From positions 409,634,001 to 409,698,000 of the forward strand of contig OZ024740.1 of NCBI GenBank assembly GCA_964016885.1: a stretch of DNA of 64,000 nucleotides. Direction: 5' to 3'. Origin of the DNA: Eledone cirrhosa. Lineage: Eukaryota. Below, piece by piece: positions 1 through 14,199 of the stretch. The position numbers were made by a program, and so were the translations under genes. Every line of letters begins with the position of its first letter. Within the stretch, counting starts at the first letter, position 1. The notes under the pieces are model-generated. The model was not told where the DNA came from. It searched no databases and was given only the letters and a program-made list of their open reading frames with translations.

Positions 1-38
1 CTCTATATATATATATACATACATATATATTATATATA

Positions 39-135
<97 letters not shown>

Positions 136-172
136 AGTGCATATATATATATATATATACATACATTATTAT

Positions 173-244
<72 letters not shown>

Positions 245-282
245 TCTTTTTTCCTGGACCTTTCCGACGGAATTACTTCATT

Positions 283-348
<66 letters not shown>

Positions 349-405
349 TCTATGTATATATATATATGTGTGTGTGTGTGTATATATATATATGTGTGTG
401 TATAT
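1..405. repeat. (TA)n/(TG)n microsatellite block
   Basis: Direct reading. The overlapping YI/VC-repeat ORFs are artefacts. Confidence 0.95.
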
Positions 406-494
406 GTTTATTCTTAGATGCGTATGTTTATATTTAGATGCGCATTTGTATGTGTATGTGTACTTATATATTTTTTAAATCTGTTATAACTTTC

Positions 495-870
495 ATCAAA
501 AAACCAGACTGGATGACCATCTTCCCATTCCTCGGTGATAAACCCCTCATCTGGGATGTCACATGCAGCGACATATTCTCCAGCTACAACATGGTGCAGG
601 CTGCTACTAACCCAGGCTCTGCTCTGCTGCAGTTCGGGTTGAGGGGGGTAAACTCTCCAAATATCGGTCGTTCTCCGACAGGTTTGCGGTAGAGCAATGA
701 AGACTTCTGGTGTTCTTTGCCCTAGGACCACCTTCCTACTCACCACCATCGACACAGAGTTTGCTCCCCGTATGTGGGCGCCTCGCGAGCTGGAATGGCA
801 CTTCCAGCCCGTCTCCTTCCCCATCCTCCGGAGAAACGCTTCCTCTATTTTGTCCGCCGGGGCTGCGGAG
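495..870 (+). mobile_element. Degenerate 3' fragment of a CRE-like non-LTR retrotransposon (restriction-like endonuclease domain)
   Basis: Across frameshifts it reads KPDWMTIFPF..KPLIWDVTCSD..GSA..KLSKY..AMKTSGVL..PRELEWHFQPVSFPILRRNASSIL. This matches the RPDG..WDxT..ETSG..FQRxSxAxxRGNA pattern of CRE-clade C-termini. Confidence 0.7.
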
Positions 871-1092
871 CGGCCAGCGCGTGCCTCCGCATTTGCTCAT
901 AATAGTGAGAGATGGGGAAAGCGGGAGAGACAGAGGCAGTTTGGTTCCACTGTATTCAAACCTGTTGTATGTGTATATATTTATTTACCAGACCATATAA
1001 GTGTTCTTTACATTTTTACCTGCTACTCCAGCCAGCTTGCAAGGGACATAACTCTGTAATATTTGTCTATGCCTTGAACAGAAATTAATTGA

Positions 1093-1163
<71 letters not shown>

Positions 1164-1348
1164 TTGATATATCTTATCTATATGTTTTAGATTCTCCCCC
1201 CCCCCCTCTCTCTCCGCTCACATTGATATATCTTATCTGTCATGAAAGAAACTACCGAAAAATAAACGTCCTTCCAGACATCTTCTAGTCAAACTTTCAT
1301 CATTTCTTATAAATTTTTAAATATATTTCCTTGACTGTCTTTTATAAG

Positions 1349-1888
<540 letters not shown>

Positions 1889-2158
1889 CTTTCGTCAGAT
1901 AAAATATAATAATTGGTCTTAAGATAGTGACATATCTTCATGTGAACTTAATGGTCAGTAAAGATAGTGAATTGAAAGTTCAACACTCAAGGGATATATG
2001 CTAATGAGGATAACGTTAAAACTGAAAAAATAGACGCTAGATAAATTTTAAATACTTATTTTACATACTTATTAAAACATTTTTAAGAGTTTGCTATTAT
2101 TGGTTGAAAAAATTATTGTAGAGTTATTTTAGAGTTAGTTATAGAAATATATATATAT

Positions 2159-2347
2159 CGACTTTCGTTAAATCGGACCGAGGAAACAATGTTTCCGTTG
2201 GTCTTTCCAGTTGTTAATACTATCTATCGGTCGAAGGAGCAACGTGAAATGAAGTGTCTTGCTCAATGACATAACACATCGCCCGGTCCAGGAATCGAAC
2301 TGACAACCTCACGATTGTGAATCCAGTTCTCTAACCACTCAGCCACG
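2159..2347 (-). mobile_element. tRNA-derived SINE, family 2
   Basis: Minus strand has A box TGGCTGAGTGG, B box GTTCGATTCC, then a TTGAGCAAGACACTT core. Homologous to 16354-16605. Confidence 0.8.
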
Positions 2348-2464
2348 TGTGTGTGTGTGTATGTGTGTGTGTGTGCTACCACCTCCCTATTTTTATATTC
2401 TCTTTCTTATTAGAAATATTATTTAAATCAATTGCTATTTGTGGAACAAATTCTTTTCTCAAAA

Positions 2465-2890
2465 GTGATTTCTACTTGAGGCACAAGACCAGCAATTTGG
2501 GGGGGGGGGAGAAAGTTGATTAAATCGACTCCAGTGCATTACTGGTACTTTTTTTATCGACACCGTAAGGATGAAAGGCAAAGCAACCTCGGCGGGATTT
2601 GAAGTCAGACCGAAAAGGGCCATAACTCTATGCTGCTAAGCATGGTGTCCGACACTCTACCAATATTGCCAATTCACCACCCTCAATAATGATTTCTATT
2701 TTAGGCACAAGTCCAGTAAATTTGGTTGGAAGGGAAATTATATTAAATCGACCCAGTGCATTACTGGTACTTTATTTTATCGACCCCGTAAGGATGAAAG
2801 GTAAAGCTAACCTCGGCGGGATTTGAACTCAGAACATAAAGGGCCTTAACTCTATGACGCTCTACCGATTCTGCCAATCCACCACCCTCA
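2465..2890 (-). mobile_element. Two tandem copies of tRNA-derived SINE family 1
   Basis: Diagnostic GTTCAAATCCCGCCGAGG..GCCTTTCATCCTTACGGGGTCGATAAAATAAAGTACCAG body, present in >15 copies in the window. Confidence 0.9.
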
Positions 2891-3148
2891 ATAATGAGAT
2901 AAAAATTGCATAATATTGATAGCTATAATTAACAAGGGAGATAACTCAGTCTGAATTTATTTCTTGGCATTTCTGTTCTAACCGACTAATTTGCACACAT
3001 GTTTATCTATATATACAAACACACATACATACACACATACACACACGCACATATACACACACACCCATACATACATACATACATACATACATACATACAT
3101 ACATACATACATACATACATACATACATACATACATACATACATACAT

Positions 3149-3920
3149 GGATTTCCGACAAGTTTATGACATCACACCTTGAGGGATATCTCTATGCAAT
3201 ACAGGAACAAGAACTCCCTACCAAATATCTGGTGCACAAAAGGGGAGGGCCATCAGCTGACAATAAATGTAGGCTATGTAAAACAAAGATCGAGGATGTA
3301 AGCCACATTGTTGCCAGCTGCGAAAGAATGTCATCTCGCTACTACCTCCCCATGAGACACGATGGGATAGCTAGAACCATCTGGAACGCACTTCGGAAAA
3401 CAAAATTAACAACAAACGAGGAAGAATATATTGAGACATATGGCACTAAGGAATACTGGTGGAACCTGAAAATAAAAACTGCCACCAAATTAAAGCACAA
3501 CCGGCTTGATATTGTTGTTTGGGACCACACATTGAAAACGTGTTCTGTCGTGGAGATCAGCTGCACACTTGATGTAAACGTTGTCAGAAAAATACAGGAG
3601 AAGGAGGACATCTACGGACCATTGATGAGGAGTTTGCAAATCCAGTATCCAAGATACACCTTTAGCTTCATACCCATCATTATTGGAGCTACGGGTTATA
3701 TACCAACCCGTTTGGACCAAAGTATGACTGAACTTGGATTTGCGGACAAAAAGCGCAGCTCCCTAATTCATAGTCTACAAATGGCTGCGATAGCTGGCAC
3801 CTTCAAAATTTGCAAAACATTCTTGCGATTCAAGGGATGACAATTTCTTTTCTTTTACAACCTTGCCACCAGGAAGGTGGCCGGTGAAAAAATATACTCG
3901 AAATTAAGAGAAAGAGATAA
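3149..3920 (+). mobile_element. 5'-truncated R4/Dong-type non-LTR element, family A (CCHC + RLE endonuclease), in (CATA)n
   Basis: ORF 3166-3840 has AIQEQ, CRLC..H..C zinc knuckle, RHD and HNRxD..VVEISC..K..Y. The short 3' UTR ends at gagaaagagataa, followed by (cata)n. (CATA)n lies on both sides. Confidence 0.88.
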
Positions 3921-3980
3921 CATACATACATACATACATACATACATACATACATACATACATACATACATACATACATA

Positions 3981-4333
3981 CTCTCTATTGATAAAACTTT
4001 GTGAAATTATAAAACTAGAAGAACATACATAGCTAAATTACAAGTACAATCCATTAATGGAACAGTAAAAATATGTAAAACATTCCAAAAATGTTGCATC
4101 TAATAACTGCATATACACTTGTACAGATACAAAGCATATACACATGCACACATACAACTAAAAACATACACATCCACACATAAAATAACATCCATATCTA
4201 CACATGCATGCAGACATGCATACATATCTACCTAGTTGATGTTGTGTAAATTCCAATGAGAGAGTCTTGTGTCTATGTTAGAAGCCGAATCTCTCTGTAT
4301 TGGCAAACATTTGTGAAATTATAAAACCAAAAG
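3981..4333 (+). mobile_element. Two stacked 3'-end fragments (~45 bp and ~300 bp) of R4/Dong family B
   Basis: They match 14394-14435 and ~14130-14435. Each ends ttgtgaaattataaaac..agaa followed by cata repeats. Confidence 0.85.
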
Positions 4334-4434
4334 AACATACATACATACATACATACATACATACATACATACATACATACATACATACATACATACATAC
4401 ATACATACATACATACATACATACATACATACAT

Positions 4435-4775
4435 AAACTGCATGCTTACCAGCAAAAAATCCTGCATGGATATGTTGCCAGGAAGCTCCAGAGTGAGAGT
4501 AATATAGATAAGGAATGTAGTCTATCTTGGACCAACAACCGCTATATTGGCTCCCACTTTGAAGGATATGTTTTTGCAATCCAAGAACAGGAAATCAACA
4601 CGAAATACCTGATTCACAAAAGAGATAGGGATGTAGGTAAAACACCTAGATGTGATAACAAGTGCAGACTCTGCAGAATTAACATCGAAGATGTCACCCA
4701 GGTCATAAGTAGCTCTCCAAAGATGTCATCGCGGTACCTATGAGGCATGTGTAGTGCCAAAATACTGTACATATA
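4435..4775 (+). mobile_element. Internal fragment of R4/Dong family B
   Basis: Close match to 13378-13720 (KLHAYQQKILHG..AIQEQEI..CRLC). Starts immediately after a (CATA)n tract. Confidence 0.85.
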
Positions 4776-4824
4776 TAGAAAGCTTAATTCAATCGACAAG
4801 TATTTCGTAATATAATCGGCTTGT

Positions 4825-4925
4825 CTCCCCACAGCCCCGGGCGGACAGAATAGAGAAGGTGTTTCCCCCGCGGGACGGCAAGGGAGACGCGCTGGAAAAT
4901 GTGGACTTTTTCATCGGCTCTACAG
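4825..4925 (-). mobile_element. CRE-like 3' terminal fragment
   Basis: Reads IFQRVSLAVPRG(N)TFSILSA, homologous to 790-865. Confidence 0.65.
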
Positions 4926-5025
4926 AGACACACACCGACATACACAGATACACGTGTACACACACGCACGCACGCACGCACACACACACGCACACGCACA
5001 CACACGCACACACACACGCACACGC

Positions 5026-5071
<46 letters not shown>

Positions 5072-5085
5072 TATTGTTTGCTTAT

Positions 5086-5272
5086 AAGGGTGGTGGATTG
5101 GCAGTATCGGTAGAGGGTCAGACGCCATGCATTCTAGCATAGTTATGTCCCTTTATGATCTGAGTTCAAATCCTGCCTATGTTAACTTTTCCTTTCATCC
5201 TTACGGGGTCGATAAAATAAAGTACCAGTAATGTACTGGGTAATTGCTGGCCTTGTACCCAAATTAGAAACA
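5086..5272 (+). mobile_element. SINE family 1 with 16-bp target-site duplication
   Basis: Flanked by attattgtttgcttat at 5070-5085 and 5273-5288. Confidence 0.92.
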
Positions 5273-5794
5273 ATTATTGTTTGCTTATCGGTAGTAAATA
5301 AAGATCATAATTTTCGCTACATAATTAATTGGGTTTTGTGCCTGAATATGACTAATGAGTCGGATTCTAACGTTGATATAACGGCGACATGTCTGTGCTT
5401 TGAAATGCGAGCTGAGCGGGCTTTATAGAGTTCACGTTTGTTTCCACATGATACATGCCTCTTCCTAGAATTTTGTTCTGACCAAATAGATCCTCGGGTT
5501 TATGTGTTACGTTCTAACTATCCCCGCAACACATTTTATGGCTGCCAAGTGTTTGTTTTCCCTATAGCAACCTTGCATTAGATTAGTTGTTTTGGTATGT
5601 GCGTATTTTTCATGCAGATGACATGATCTGTCCAGGGAATTTTCTTTTTTTTCCCAGCAGGGTTTTTATTGGGGGAACTTTTGCCAGTTTGGAGCACTTC
5701 TGTGGCAATGTAGTGTCACTTAATGTGCAACAAACCGGGAAGATGTATAGAGGCTCCTCTTATTGAGTGTGATTAATACTGGAATGAGATGGTG

Positions 5795-6590
5795 ATGTGT
5801 TGTGGTGTTGATTCGGTTGTTGTGTATACTCAATTATGGATTGCTCAGTTGTGTGGTCACTGTTGTGTAGAATGTAGACGAAAGAAGAATGGTGTGCCTG
5901 ATACTGTGTGACTAGAGAATGTGAGTGTGTAAGTAAGTGAGTAAGTGCTCGTTATGATGATGATGATGATGATGAATCTTTTGGTAAGTGGTTTACTCCG
6001 ATCACATAGGAAATGAAATATATCGACCACAATAACACAAAGCCGCTATATTACTAATTTATTTAATATGAATGTCATTGAAGAACAAATAACCACAGTT
6101 GAATTGTGTGTTGTTATGAATTTCGTTGGCCTGGCAGCGATAGAGACCAAGAGAGAGAGGGACCAATAGAGAGAGAGAGACCCAAATGAGTCTGTATATG
6201 AGACAACTGACCATTACATCTTAGCTGGTCGGTAGGAACACTGAAACTGTCCGATTGACTAGGAGCAGCTTTTGACTCTTCAAAATTTTATCTAAAAAAA
6301 TTTGTAGTTGGCCAGTTTCTCTAGACTAACTTATAGAGATTGTTTGATTGTGTTGGTAATTGATTGTGTTGTGGTGTTGATTCATTTGTTGTGTGTCTGC
6401 TCACTTGTAGCTTGCTGTGTTGTGTGGTCACTGTTGTGTGATACAGTGTGACCAGAGGTTCCATGTGTCCAGGTAAGTAAGTAAGTGATCATTAAGATGA
6501 TGGTGATATGATAGTTCCTTGATCACGCAGAAACGAATATATATAAATGAACCCCAATGACGCCAAACCGCGATAGTATTAATTTATTGA
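5795..6590. repeat. Two diverged ~250-bp direct repeats (5795-6065, 6360-6590), unclassified
   Basis: Shared blocks: tgtgttgtggtgttgattc, gttgtgtggtcactgttgtgt, gtaagtaagt..gatgatg, gatcac..gaaa..aaccgc..attaatttatt. Confidence 0.55.
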
Positions 6591-6734
6591 AAATAACTCA
6601 CGCCGAAGCTATACGAAAAATACACAAGAATTATGGACGTTATTTGTTTGTTTGTAAAAGTAGAATTAAATTGTATTTACCAAGAACTTCCTGGCTTGGT
6701 TAAGAGAGAGGCCAAGAGATAGAGATTGAGTGAA

Positions 6735-6736
<2 letters not shown>

Positions 6737-6812
<76 letters not shown>
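6737..6812. repeat. (GA)n microsatellite
   Basis: Direct reading. Confidence 0.95.
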
Positions 6813-6817
<5 letters not shown>

Positions 6818-7079
6818 GGAGAAAGTAAGAGTCTGTAAGACCCCCAAGGGGTCTGTAGAAAGCAATAGTCTACATGCTTACTCTATCAAGAACTGCTTCG
6901 AACTACTGCTGTCTGGTCCAAGACAAGCTATTTATCTCTGTCGCTTCCTCTGTCCCAAAACATTGAGAACAAAGGGCTGGCCTCTAGAGGTCATCCACTC
7001 TCAGACTTATTGACACCCGAAAGGAGATAAGCTAGAAAATGACCGTTAAATGTCACCCAGGGGTGTGTGTGTGTGTGTG

Positions 7080-7166
<87 letters not shown>

Positions 7167-7179
7167 TGTTCTACATAGC

Positions 7180-7775
7180 AACCACAATAAATAAAACGGT
7201 GTTGATAACACAACCGTTTTGTTTGCCTTATCTTGTTTAAATGAATGGTTATAGCATACCACCGTATCTTGAATGTGTTGGACATGATACATATATGGGC
7301 TTTCATTGTGTTGTTGGTCTCGACAGTGTATTTACATACGATGTTCTTAGGTAGACCGTATATAACTGTTTCTCCTTTTGGCACAAGGCCAGCAATTATC
7401 TCAGTACATTACTGGTATTTTATTTTATCGACCCCGTAAGGATGAAAGGCAAAGTTAACCTCGGCGGGATTTGAACTCAGTCCGTAAAGGGACGTAACTG
7501 TGTTGCAAAGCATGGCGTCCGACTCTCTACTGATACTGCCAATCCATCAACGGGAAGCTGTTAGAAAAAGTGCATACATCCCTCAGACTGCTTCGGATGT
7601 TACGTAATAATTTTGGTATGATCCAGTTAACTATATTTTCGTGAGGTTCGGTGTTGTTGAATAAGATAGCTTAAGTGTGTTTTATTGAAGATAGGGTAGC
7701 ATTTCTGTAGTGTGGGGAAGTGTTTGTTTAGTAATTTAAAAGAATAAACATCTAGCTATTGGGGTTGAAGATGTA
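7180..7775 (-). mobile_element. Decayed PLE fragment (linker + GIY-YIG) split by a SINE
   Basis: Minus frames give FKLLNKHFP..IFNK..LKLSYSTTPN and KNIVCKYTV..SNTFKIRWY..HSFK. Both are homologous to the C-terminal part of the 46970 ORF. Confidence 0.6.
7366..7547 (-). mobile_element. SINE family 1
   Basis: Diagnostic body and tRNA-like head. Confidence 0.9.
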
Positions 7776-7863
7776 TTGTACCGGTTATCTCTATCTATCT
7801 ACCTACCAACCTACTTACATACCTACCTACCTACTTATCTACAAACATACATACATACATACA

Positions 7864-8297
7864 TGGTAGCTGCCAACTCGTTTTCGAGTACGGCCACTAC
7901 TTTATATCCATGTAGGAGAACCCCTACCGATGCGCTGAACGAGTGACTTTTTATCCCAGCCAGCGACTTGAAAACTCTGCAAAGGCACTGCACAAAGCCA
8001 GTCCCACTCTCTTAACCAAGATGATATTTACCAAAAAGAAGAACAAGTCAACACCATTGGATACCATCAGGGTTGCAGGTGTTATATGAGAGTTTTCCTT
8101 CTCCTAGAATTCTGCCTTGACAAAGGTGATTTTGGATGGCCATTGACTCTTAAGAGCTCCTTTGCCCTTTGACAGGTTTTGTTTTTAGTCCTGCAGGATG
8201 TCCAAAGTCACCCTCCTCACCAAGAAACCTTGGTGGGTTGCCAGTTTAGTCGCCAACGACCCGACCATGAGACAGATTGTACTGGGATACATGTTAA
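7864..8297 (-). mobile_element. RTE-derived non-autonomous element, copy 1 (internal deletion, slightly 5'-truncated)
   Basis: Matches copies 2-5 but lacks ~140 bp between aaaactctg and caaaggcactg. Confidence 0.85.
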
Positions 8298-8299
8298 CA

Positions 8300-8330
<31 letters not shown>

Positions 8331-8491
8331 GCAGACACACAGACGTACATACATACATACATATGCAGACACACAGACGTACATACATACATACATACAT
8401 ACATACATACATACATACATACATACATACATACATACATACATACATACATACATACATACATACATACATACATACATACATACATACA

Positions 8492-9096
8492 TGGTGGCTG
8501 CCAACTCGTTTTCGAGTACGGCCACTACTTTATATCCATGTAGGAGAACCCCTACCGATGCGCTGAACGAGTGTGACTTTTTAGTCCAGCCAGCGACTTG
8601 AAAACTCTGGTACAAACACTACACTTGTGACAATTATTGACACATAGTGCTGGGCCCATGGTACCATGTGATGACAAGTGCAGAGAGATCTCCAGATATA
8701 AAGCAATGCCTGTGCCGTGAAGCTTTTTATAGTGAGCAAAGGCACTGCACAAAGCCAGTCCCACTCTCTTAACCAAGATGATATTTACCAAAAAGAAGAA
8801 CAAGTCAACATCATTGGATACCATCAGGGTTGCAGGTGTTATATCAGAGTTTTCCTTCTACAATTCTGCCTTGACAAAGGCTAGGGGGTCATCTCTCCCG
8901 GTGATTTTGGATGGCCATTGACTCTTAAGAGCTCTTTGCCCTTTGACAGGTTTTGTTTTTAGTCCTGCAGGATGTCCAAACTCACCCTCCTCACCAAAAA
9001 ACCTTGGTGGGGTTGCCAGTTTAGTCGCCAACGACCCGACCATGAGACGGGTTGTACTGGGATACATGTTATCAGTAGCACCAACTGGTGACCTGA
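8492..9096 (-). mobile_element. RTE-derived non-autonomous element, copy 2 (~605 bp)
   Basis: 5' TCAGGTCACCAG; RTE 5'UTR-like CTAGGAGAAGGAAAACTCTG block (partly deleted in this copy); residual C2H2 finger [22 protein letters not shown]; 3' GGCCGTACTCGAAAACGAGTTGGCAGCCACCA(TGTA)n. Confidence 0.85.
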
Positions 9097-9146
9097 CATA
9101 TGTTTACATATATACATATATATATATACATACATATATACACATA

Positions 9147-9180
<34 letters not shown>

Positions 9181-9201
9181 CATACATACACATACATACA
9201 C

Positions 9202-9288
<87 letters not shown>

Positions 9289-9293
9289 AATAC

Positions 9294-9358
<65 letters not shown>

Positions 9359-9363
9359 AATAC

Positions 9364-9408
<45 letters not shown>

Positions 9409-9412
9409 CATA

Positions 9413-10020
9413 TGGTGGCTGCCAACTCGTTTTCGAGTACGGCCACTACTTTATATCCATGTAGGAGAATTCCTACCGATGCGGTGAACGAGTGTGACTT
9501 TTTAGTCCAGCCAGCGACTTGAAAACTCTGGTACAAACACTACACTTGTGACAATTATTGACACATAGTGCTGGGCCCATGGTACCATGTGACGACAAGT
9601 GCAGAGAGATCTCCAGATATAAAGCAATGCCTGTGCCGTGAAGCTTTTATAGTGAACAAAGGCACTGTACAGAGCCAGTCCCACTCTCTTAACCAAGATG
9701 ATATTTACCAAAAAGAAGAACAAGTCAACATCATTGGATACCATCAGGGTTGCAGGTGTTATATCAGAGTGTTCCTTCTCCTAGAATTCTGCCTTGACAA
9801 AGGCTAAGGGGTCATCTCTCCCGGTGATTTTGGATGGCCATTGACTCTTAAGAGCTCCTTTGCCCTTTGAAAGTTTTTGTTTTTAGTCCTGCAGGATGTA
9901 CAAAGTCACGCTCCTCACTAAGAAACCTTGGTAGGGTTGCCAGTTTAGTCGCCAACGACCCGACCATGAGACAGGTTGTATTGGGATACATGTTATCAGT
10001 AGCACCAACTGGTGACCTGA
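9413..10020 (-). mobile_element. RTE-derived non-autonomous element, copy 3
   Basis: Near-identical to the other copies, with the same termini. Confidence 0.85.
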
Positions 10021-10098
10021 CATACATACATATAAATACATACATATATACATATATATACATACATATATACATACATACATACATACATACATACA

Positions 10099-10134
<36 letters not shown>

Positions 10135-10211
10135 TACATAATGTACATACATACATACATACATACATACATACATACATACATACATACATACATACAT
10201 ACATACATACA

Positions 10212-10935
10212 TTTCGGAAAACAAAATAGAAAACAAACGAGGAAGAATATATTGAGACAGATGGCACTAAGGAATACTGGTGGAACCTGAAGATAAAAAC
10301 TGCCACCAAATTAAAGCACAACCGACCTGATATTGTTGTTTGGGACCACACATTGAAAACGTGTTCTGTTGTGGAGATCAGCTGCCCACTTGATAAAATA
10401 CAGGAGAAGGAGGACATCTATGGACCATTGATGAGGAGTTTACAAATCCAGTATCCAAGATACACCTTTAGCTTCTTACCCATCATTATTGGAGCTACGG
10501 GTGGTAGAAGGGTGGTAGATTGGCAGTATCGTTAGAGGGTCGGACGCCATGCTTTCCAGCATAGTTACGTCCCTTTACGATCTGAGTTCAAATCCCGCCG
10601 AGGTTGACTTTGCCTTTCATCCTTACGGGGTCGATAAAATAAAGTACCAGTAATGCACTGGGTAATTGCTGGCCTTGTGCCTAAAGTAGAAACAATTATT
10701 GGAGCTACGGGTTATATACCTACCCGCTTGGACCAAAGTATAACTGAACTTCGATTTGCGGACAAAGAGCGCAGCTCCCTAATTCATAGTCTACAAATGG
10801 CTGCGATAGCTGGCACCCTCAAAATTTGCAAAACATTCTTGCGATTCAAAGGATGACAATTTCTTTTCTTTTACAACCTTGCCACCAGGAAGGTCGCCGG
10901 TCAAAAATATACTCGAAATTAAGAGAAAGAGATAA
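10212..10935 (+). mobile_element. 5'-truncated R4/Dong family A copy interrupted by a SINE
   Basis: Matches 3392-3920 and is flanked by (CATA)n on both sides. Confidence 0.87.
10503..10694 (+). mobile_element. SINE family 1 with 18-bp target-site duplication
   Basis: attattggagctacgggt is duplicated at 10485-10502 and 10695-10712. The uninterrupted site is seen in the copy at ~3679. Confidence 0.93.
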
Positions 10936-10965
10936 CATACATACATACATACATACATACATACA

Positions 10966-11573
10966 TGGTGGCTGCCAACTCGTTTTCGAGTACGGCCACT
11001 ACTTTATATCCATGTAGGAGAACCCCTACCGAAGCGCTGAACGAGTGTGACTTTTTAGTCCAGCCAGCGACTTGAAAACTCTGGTACAAACACTACACTT
11101 GTGACAATTATTGACACATAGTGCTGGGCCCATGGAACCATGTGACGACAAGTGCAGAGAGATCTCCAGATATATAGCAATGCCTGTGCCGTGAAGCTTT
11201 TATAGTGAGCAAAGGCACTGCACAAAGCCAGTCCCACTCTCTTAACCAAGATGATATTTACCAAAAAGAAGAACAAGTCAACATCATTGGATACCATCAG
11301 GGTTGCAGGTGTTATATCAGAGTTTTCCTTCTCCTAGAATTCTGCCTTGACAAAGGCTAAGGGGTCATCTCTCCCGGTGATTTTGGATGGCCATTGACTC
11401 TTAAGAGCTCCTTTGCCCTTTGACAGGTTTTGTTTTTAGTCCTGCAGGATGTCCAAAGTCACCCTCCTCACCAAGAAACCTTGGTGGGGTTGCCAGTTTA
11501 GTCGCCAACGACCCGACCATGAGACAGGTTGTACTGGGATACATGTTACCAGTAGCACCAACTGGTGACCTGA
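10966..11573 (-). mobile_element. RTE-derived non-autonomous element, copy 4
   Basis: Near-identical to copy 5, with the same termini. Confidence 0.87.
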
Positions 11574-11806
11574 CATACATACATACATACATACATACAT
11601 ACATACATTCCATCAGTCAACGCGATCAGAGACTATTTATTAAATTTAAGATGAATACTATCTCCGACAGTAATGCCACAACTACAGCCAGGTTGAATAA
11701 CTGGTTATTCTTCTAACTATCCCTTCTGAAGACACCTTTTATTCGAATTCGTAGAGATATCCGACTAAATACATAATTCATTTTACAAGGATTTGCTACA
11801 AACAGC

Positions 11807-12560
11807 ATGGCTGAACACAACATCAACAAGAAAATTAAGGAAGTATCGAAGACAAATAATAAAGAAGGTAATCAAACTTTATTCAGTTGGAGCTACAGAA
11901 GAAACCGAAATTATAAATCGCATTTCTCTTGGAGTTGCGAACTTAATAATGATTTATTTAATTGTTATAAAATGGCAAAAAACAATCCCTCCATTGGCTA
12001 TATGAATAGAATGAAGCTACACTGGGACGAAAAGCACCCAGAGCTAAATTATTTCACAGCGAAACAATTACGCCAACAAGCGACGTTTGTTGAACGTAAA
12101 AATAAGATAAATATTATTAATTGTAAGTCCCCCACAATAAACATAGAATCAACAACACGTGATACAGATCGCCATGCTACTAGACTTCCTAGCAGCCAGG
12201 TCGAACAGCGCCTTGAAATAACTATGCCTGTACCATCTAAGTCTACCTCGAATGCTGGGGAAAACACTATCGATAATAATAATAATCGAAGAAATAATAA
12301 TAATAATCGAATAAATGTGACACCACGTATACCATCCGAGTCTACCTCGACTGTTGTGGAAAATACTATCGATAATGATAATCAAAAGTATAAACAATTG
12401 AAAATTTCCCACAACGAAATCTTCCAGAGAGAAATTAACTCATGTATAAATATCTCTGTTGCTGAACGTGTTAAAATGACAATGGTGAATAAAAAACCAA
12501 ATAATGAAATACTATGTGTTATTGACGAAATAGGGGATGAATATTTACGACGGATAAAAA
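11807..12560 (+). pseudogene. N-terminal region of the R4/Dong family B polyprotein
   Basis: WSCELNNDLFNCYK..NPSIGYMNRMKLHW..HPE...AKQLRQQ resembles the N-terminal motif of Dong/R4 ORFs. It is followed by a low-complexity linker. Confidence 0.6.
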
Positions 12561-12561
12561 C

Positions 12562-14199
12562 CTCAAGAAATGTGAGGGATACATCATTGGCTCACAGGAG
12601 GACAGAAATACGAACCTAACCCATAACTTCTTTGTGGACGATCTGAAACTCTATGCCAAGAACATGGATGGGATGAAGAAAAATCTTGACCTGGTTACAA
12701 CGTTCTCAAAGGATATAGGAATGGAGTTTGGCCAAGATAAATGCTCATACATGACTGTAAAGCGGGGAAAAACAACTACCCAATCTAGCAACATTGTCAT
12801 CAATGGTCTAACTGTTTCACCGATATCTGATGAGGACTGCTACAGATACCTGGGGATAGATGAAAACATATCCTATAATGGTATCTGTAATAAAGAACGC
12901 GTAACCAAGGAATACTACACCCGATTAAGAAAGATCTGGTCATCGGAACTCTCTGCGCAAAACAAAACAGTGGCTCACAATGTGTTTGCTGTGCCTATCC
13001 TAACACCAACGTTTGGAATACTCAATTGGACGATAGACGAAATCCGAGCAGTTGATGTTGGAACTCGAAAAATACTGAACAACACCGGAAACTTCCACAT
13101 CAACAGTGACATAGACCGCCTTTACTTAAAACGTAAGCAGGGAGGCAGAGACCTAACATCAGTCCAGACAACATTTGAATGTTGCATCATATCTCTCCGA
13201 CAACATCTACCAACCTCGAAGCGTAGGAGCCCGCTTCTCGAGCAAGTCTATCTGCATGAAACAGATAAGATCATGAGAGTTGGGAAGGAACTTCTTGAGA
13301 GATATTCCCTGTGTGATAATCAAAAACTCACACCCAGGGATGTCGCTCAGCAGTATCGCAGTGAATCCATGGATGAAAAACTGCATGCCTATCAGCAAAA
13401 AATCATGCATGGATATGTTGCCAGGAAGCTCCAGAGTGAGAGTAATATAGATAAGGAAAGTAGTCTATCTTGGACCAACAACCGCTATATTGGCTCCCAC
13501 TTTGAAGGATACGCTTTTGCAATCCAAGAACAGGAGATTAGCACGAAATACCTGATTCACAAAAGAGATAGGGATGCAGGCAAAACACCTAGATGTGATA
13601 ACAAGTGCAGACTCTGCAGAACTAACATCGAGGATATCACCCATGTCATCAGCAGCTGCCCAAAGATGTCATCGCGGTACTATCTACCTATGAGGCATGA
13701 TGTAGTGGCCAAAACACTGTACAATGCAGTTCGTAAAAAAGATAGCCCCGATAATAAACACATTAAAAGCTACAACAATGTGGAAGACATCCATGTACAT
13801 AATATGAAAGAGTACTGGTGGAATGTTCCAGTAAAAACCCCAATAAAATGCAGGCATAACAGACCAGATATTATGATATGGGACAGGGAGAAGAAAACAT
13901 GCACAGTAGTGGAAATTAGCTGCCCAGCAGATACCAATATAATATCAAAGATTAGTGAAAAGGAGAATATTTATGCAGAACTGATGAGAAATCTGCAGAT
14001 ACTCCACCCTGATTACACCTTCAGATTTATGCCTGTGATTATTGGGGCACTGGGATATGTTAGTAACTGCCTCAATACAAATCTTGAGAAGCTAGGCTTC
14101 ACAGGAACAGAAAGAACACAACTAGTTAGGAAATTACAAGTACAATCCATTAATGGAACAGTAAAAATATGTAAAACATTCCAAAAATTTTGCATCTAA
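12562..14199 (+). pseudogene. R4/Dong family B C-terminal frame: distal RT (FVDD), CCHC knuckle, RLE endonuclease
   Basis: THNFFVDDLKLY, FSKDIGMEFGQDKC, YRYLG, CRLC..H..C, RHD, HNRPD..VVEISCP..K..Y. The frame is uninterrupted, but RT motifs upstream of FVDD are missing. Confidence 0.9.

Noticed and set aside
1020-1072. Minus-strand AG..GT exon-like segment
   Set aside because: Short, with no recognisable protein motif.
8552-8824. 90-aa zinc-finger ORF as a functional gene of the RTE derivative
   Set aside because: The frame is joined only in this copy by a 1-nt indel. The other full-length copies are frameshifted.
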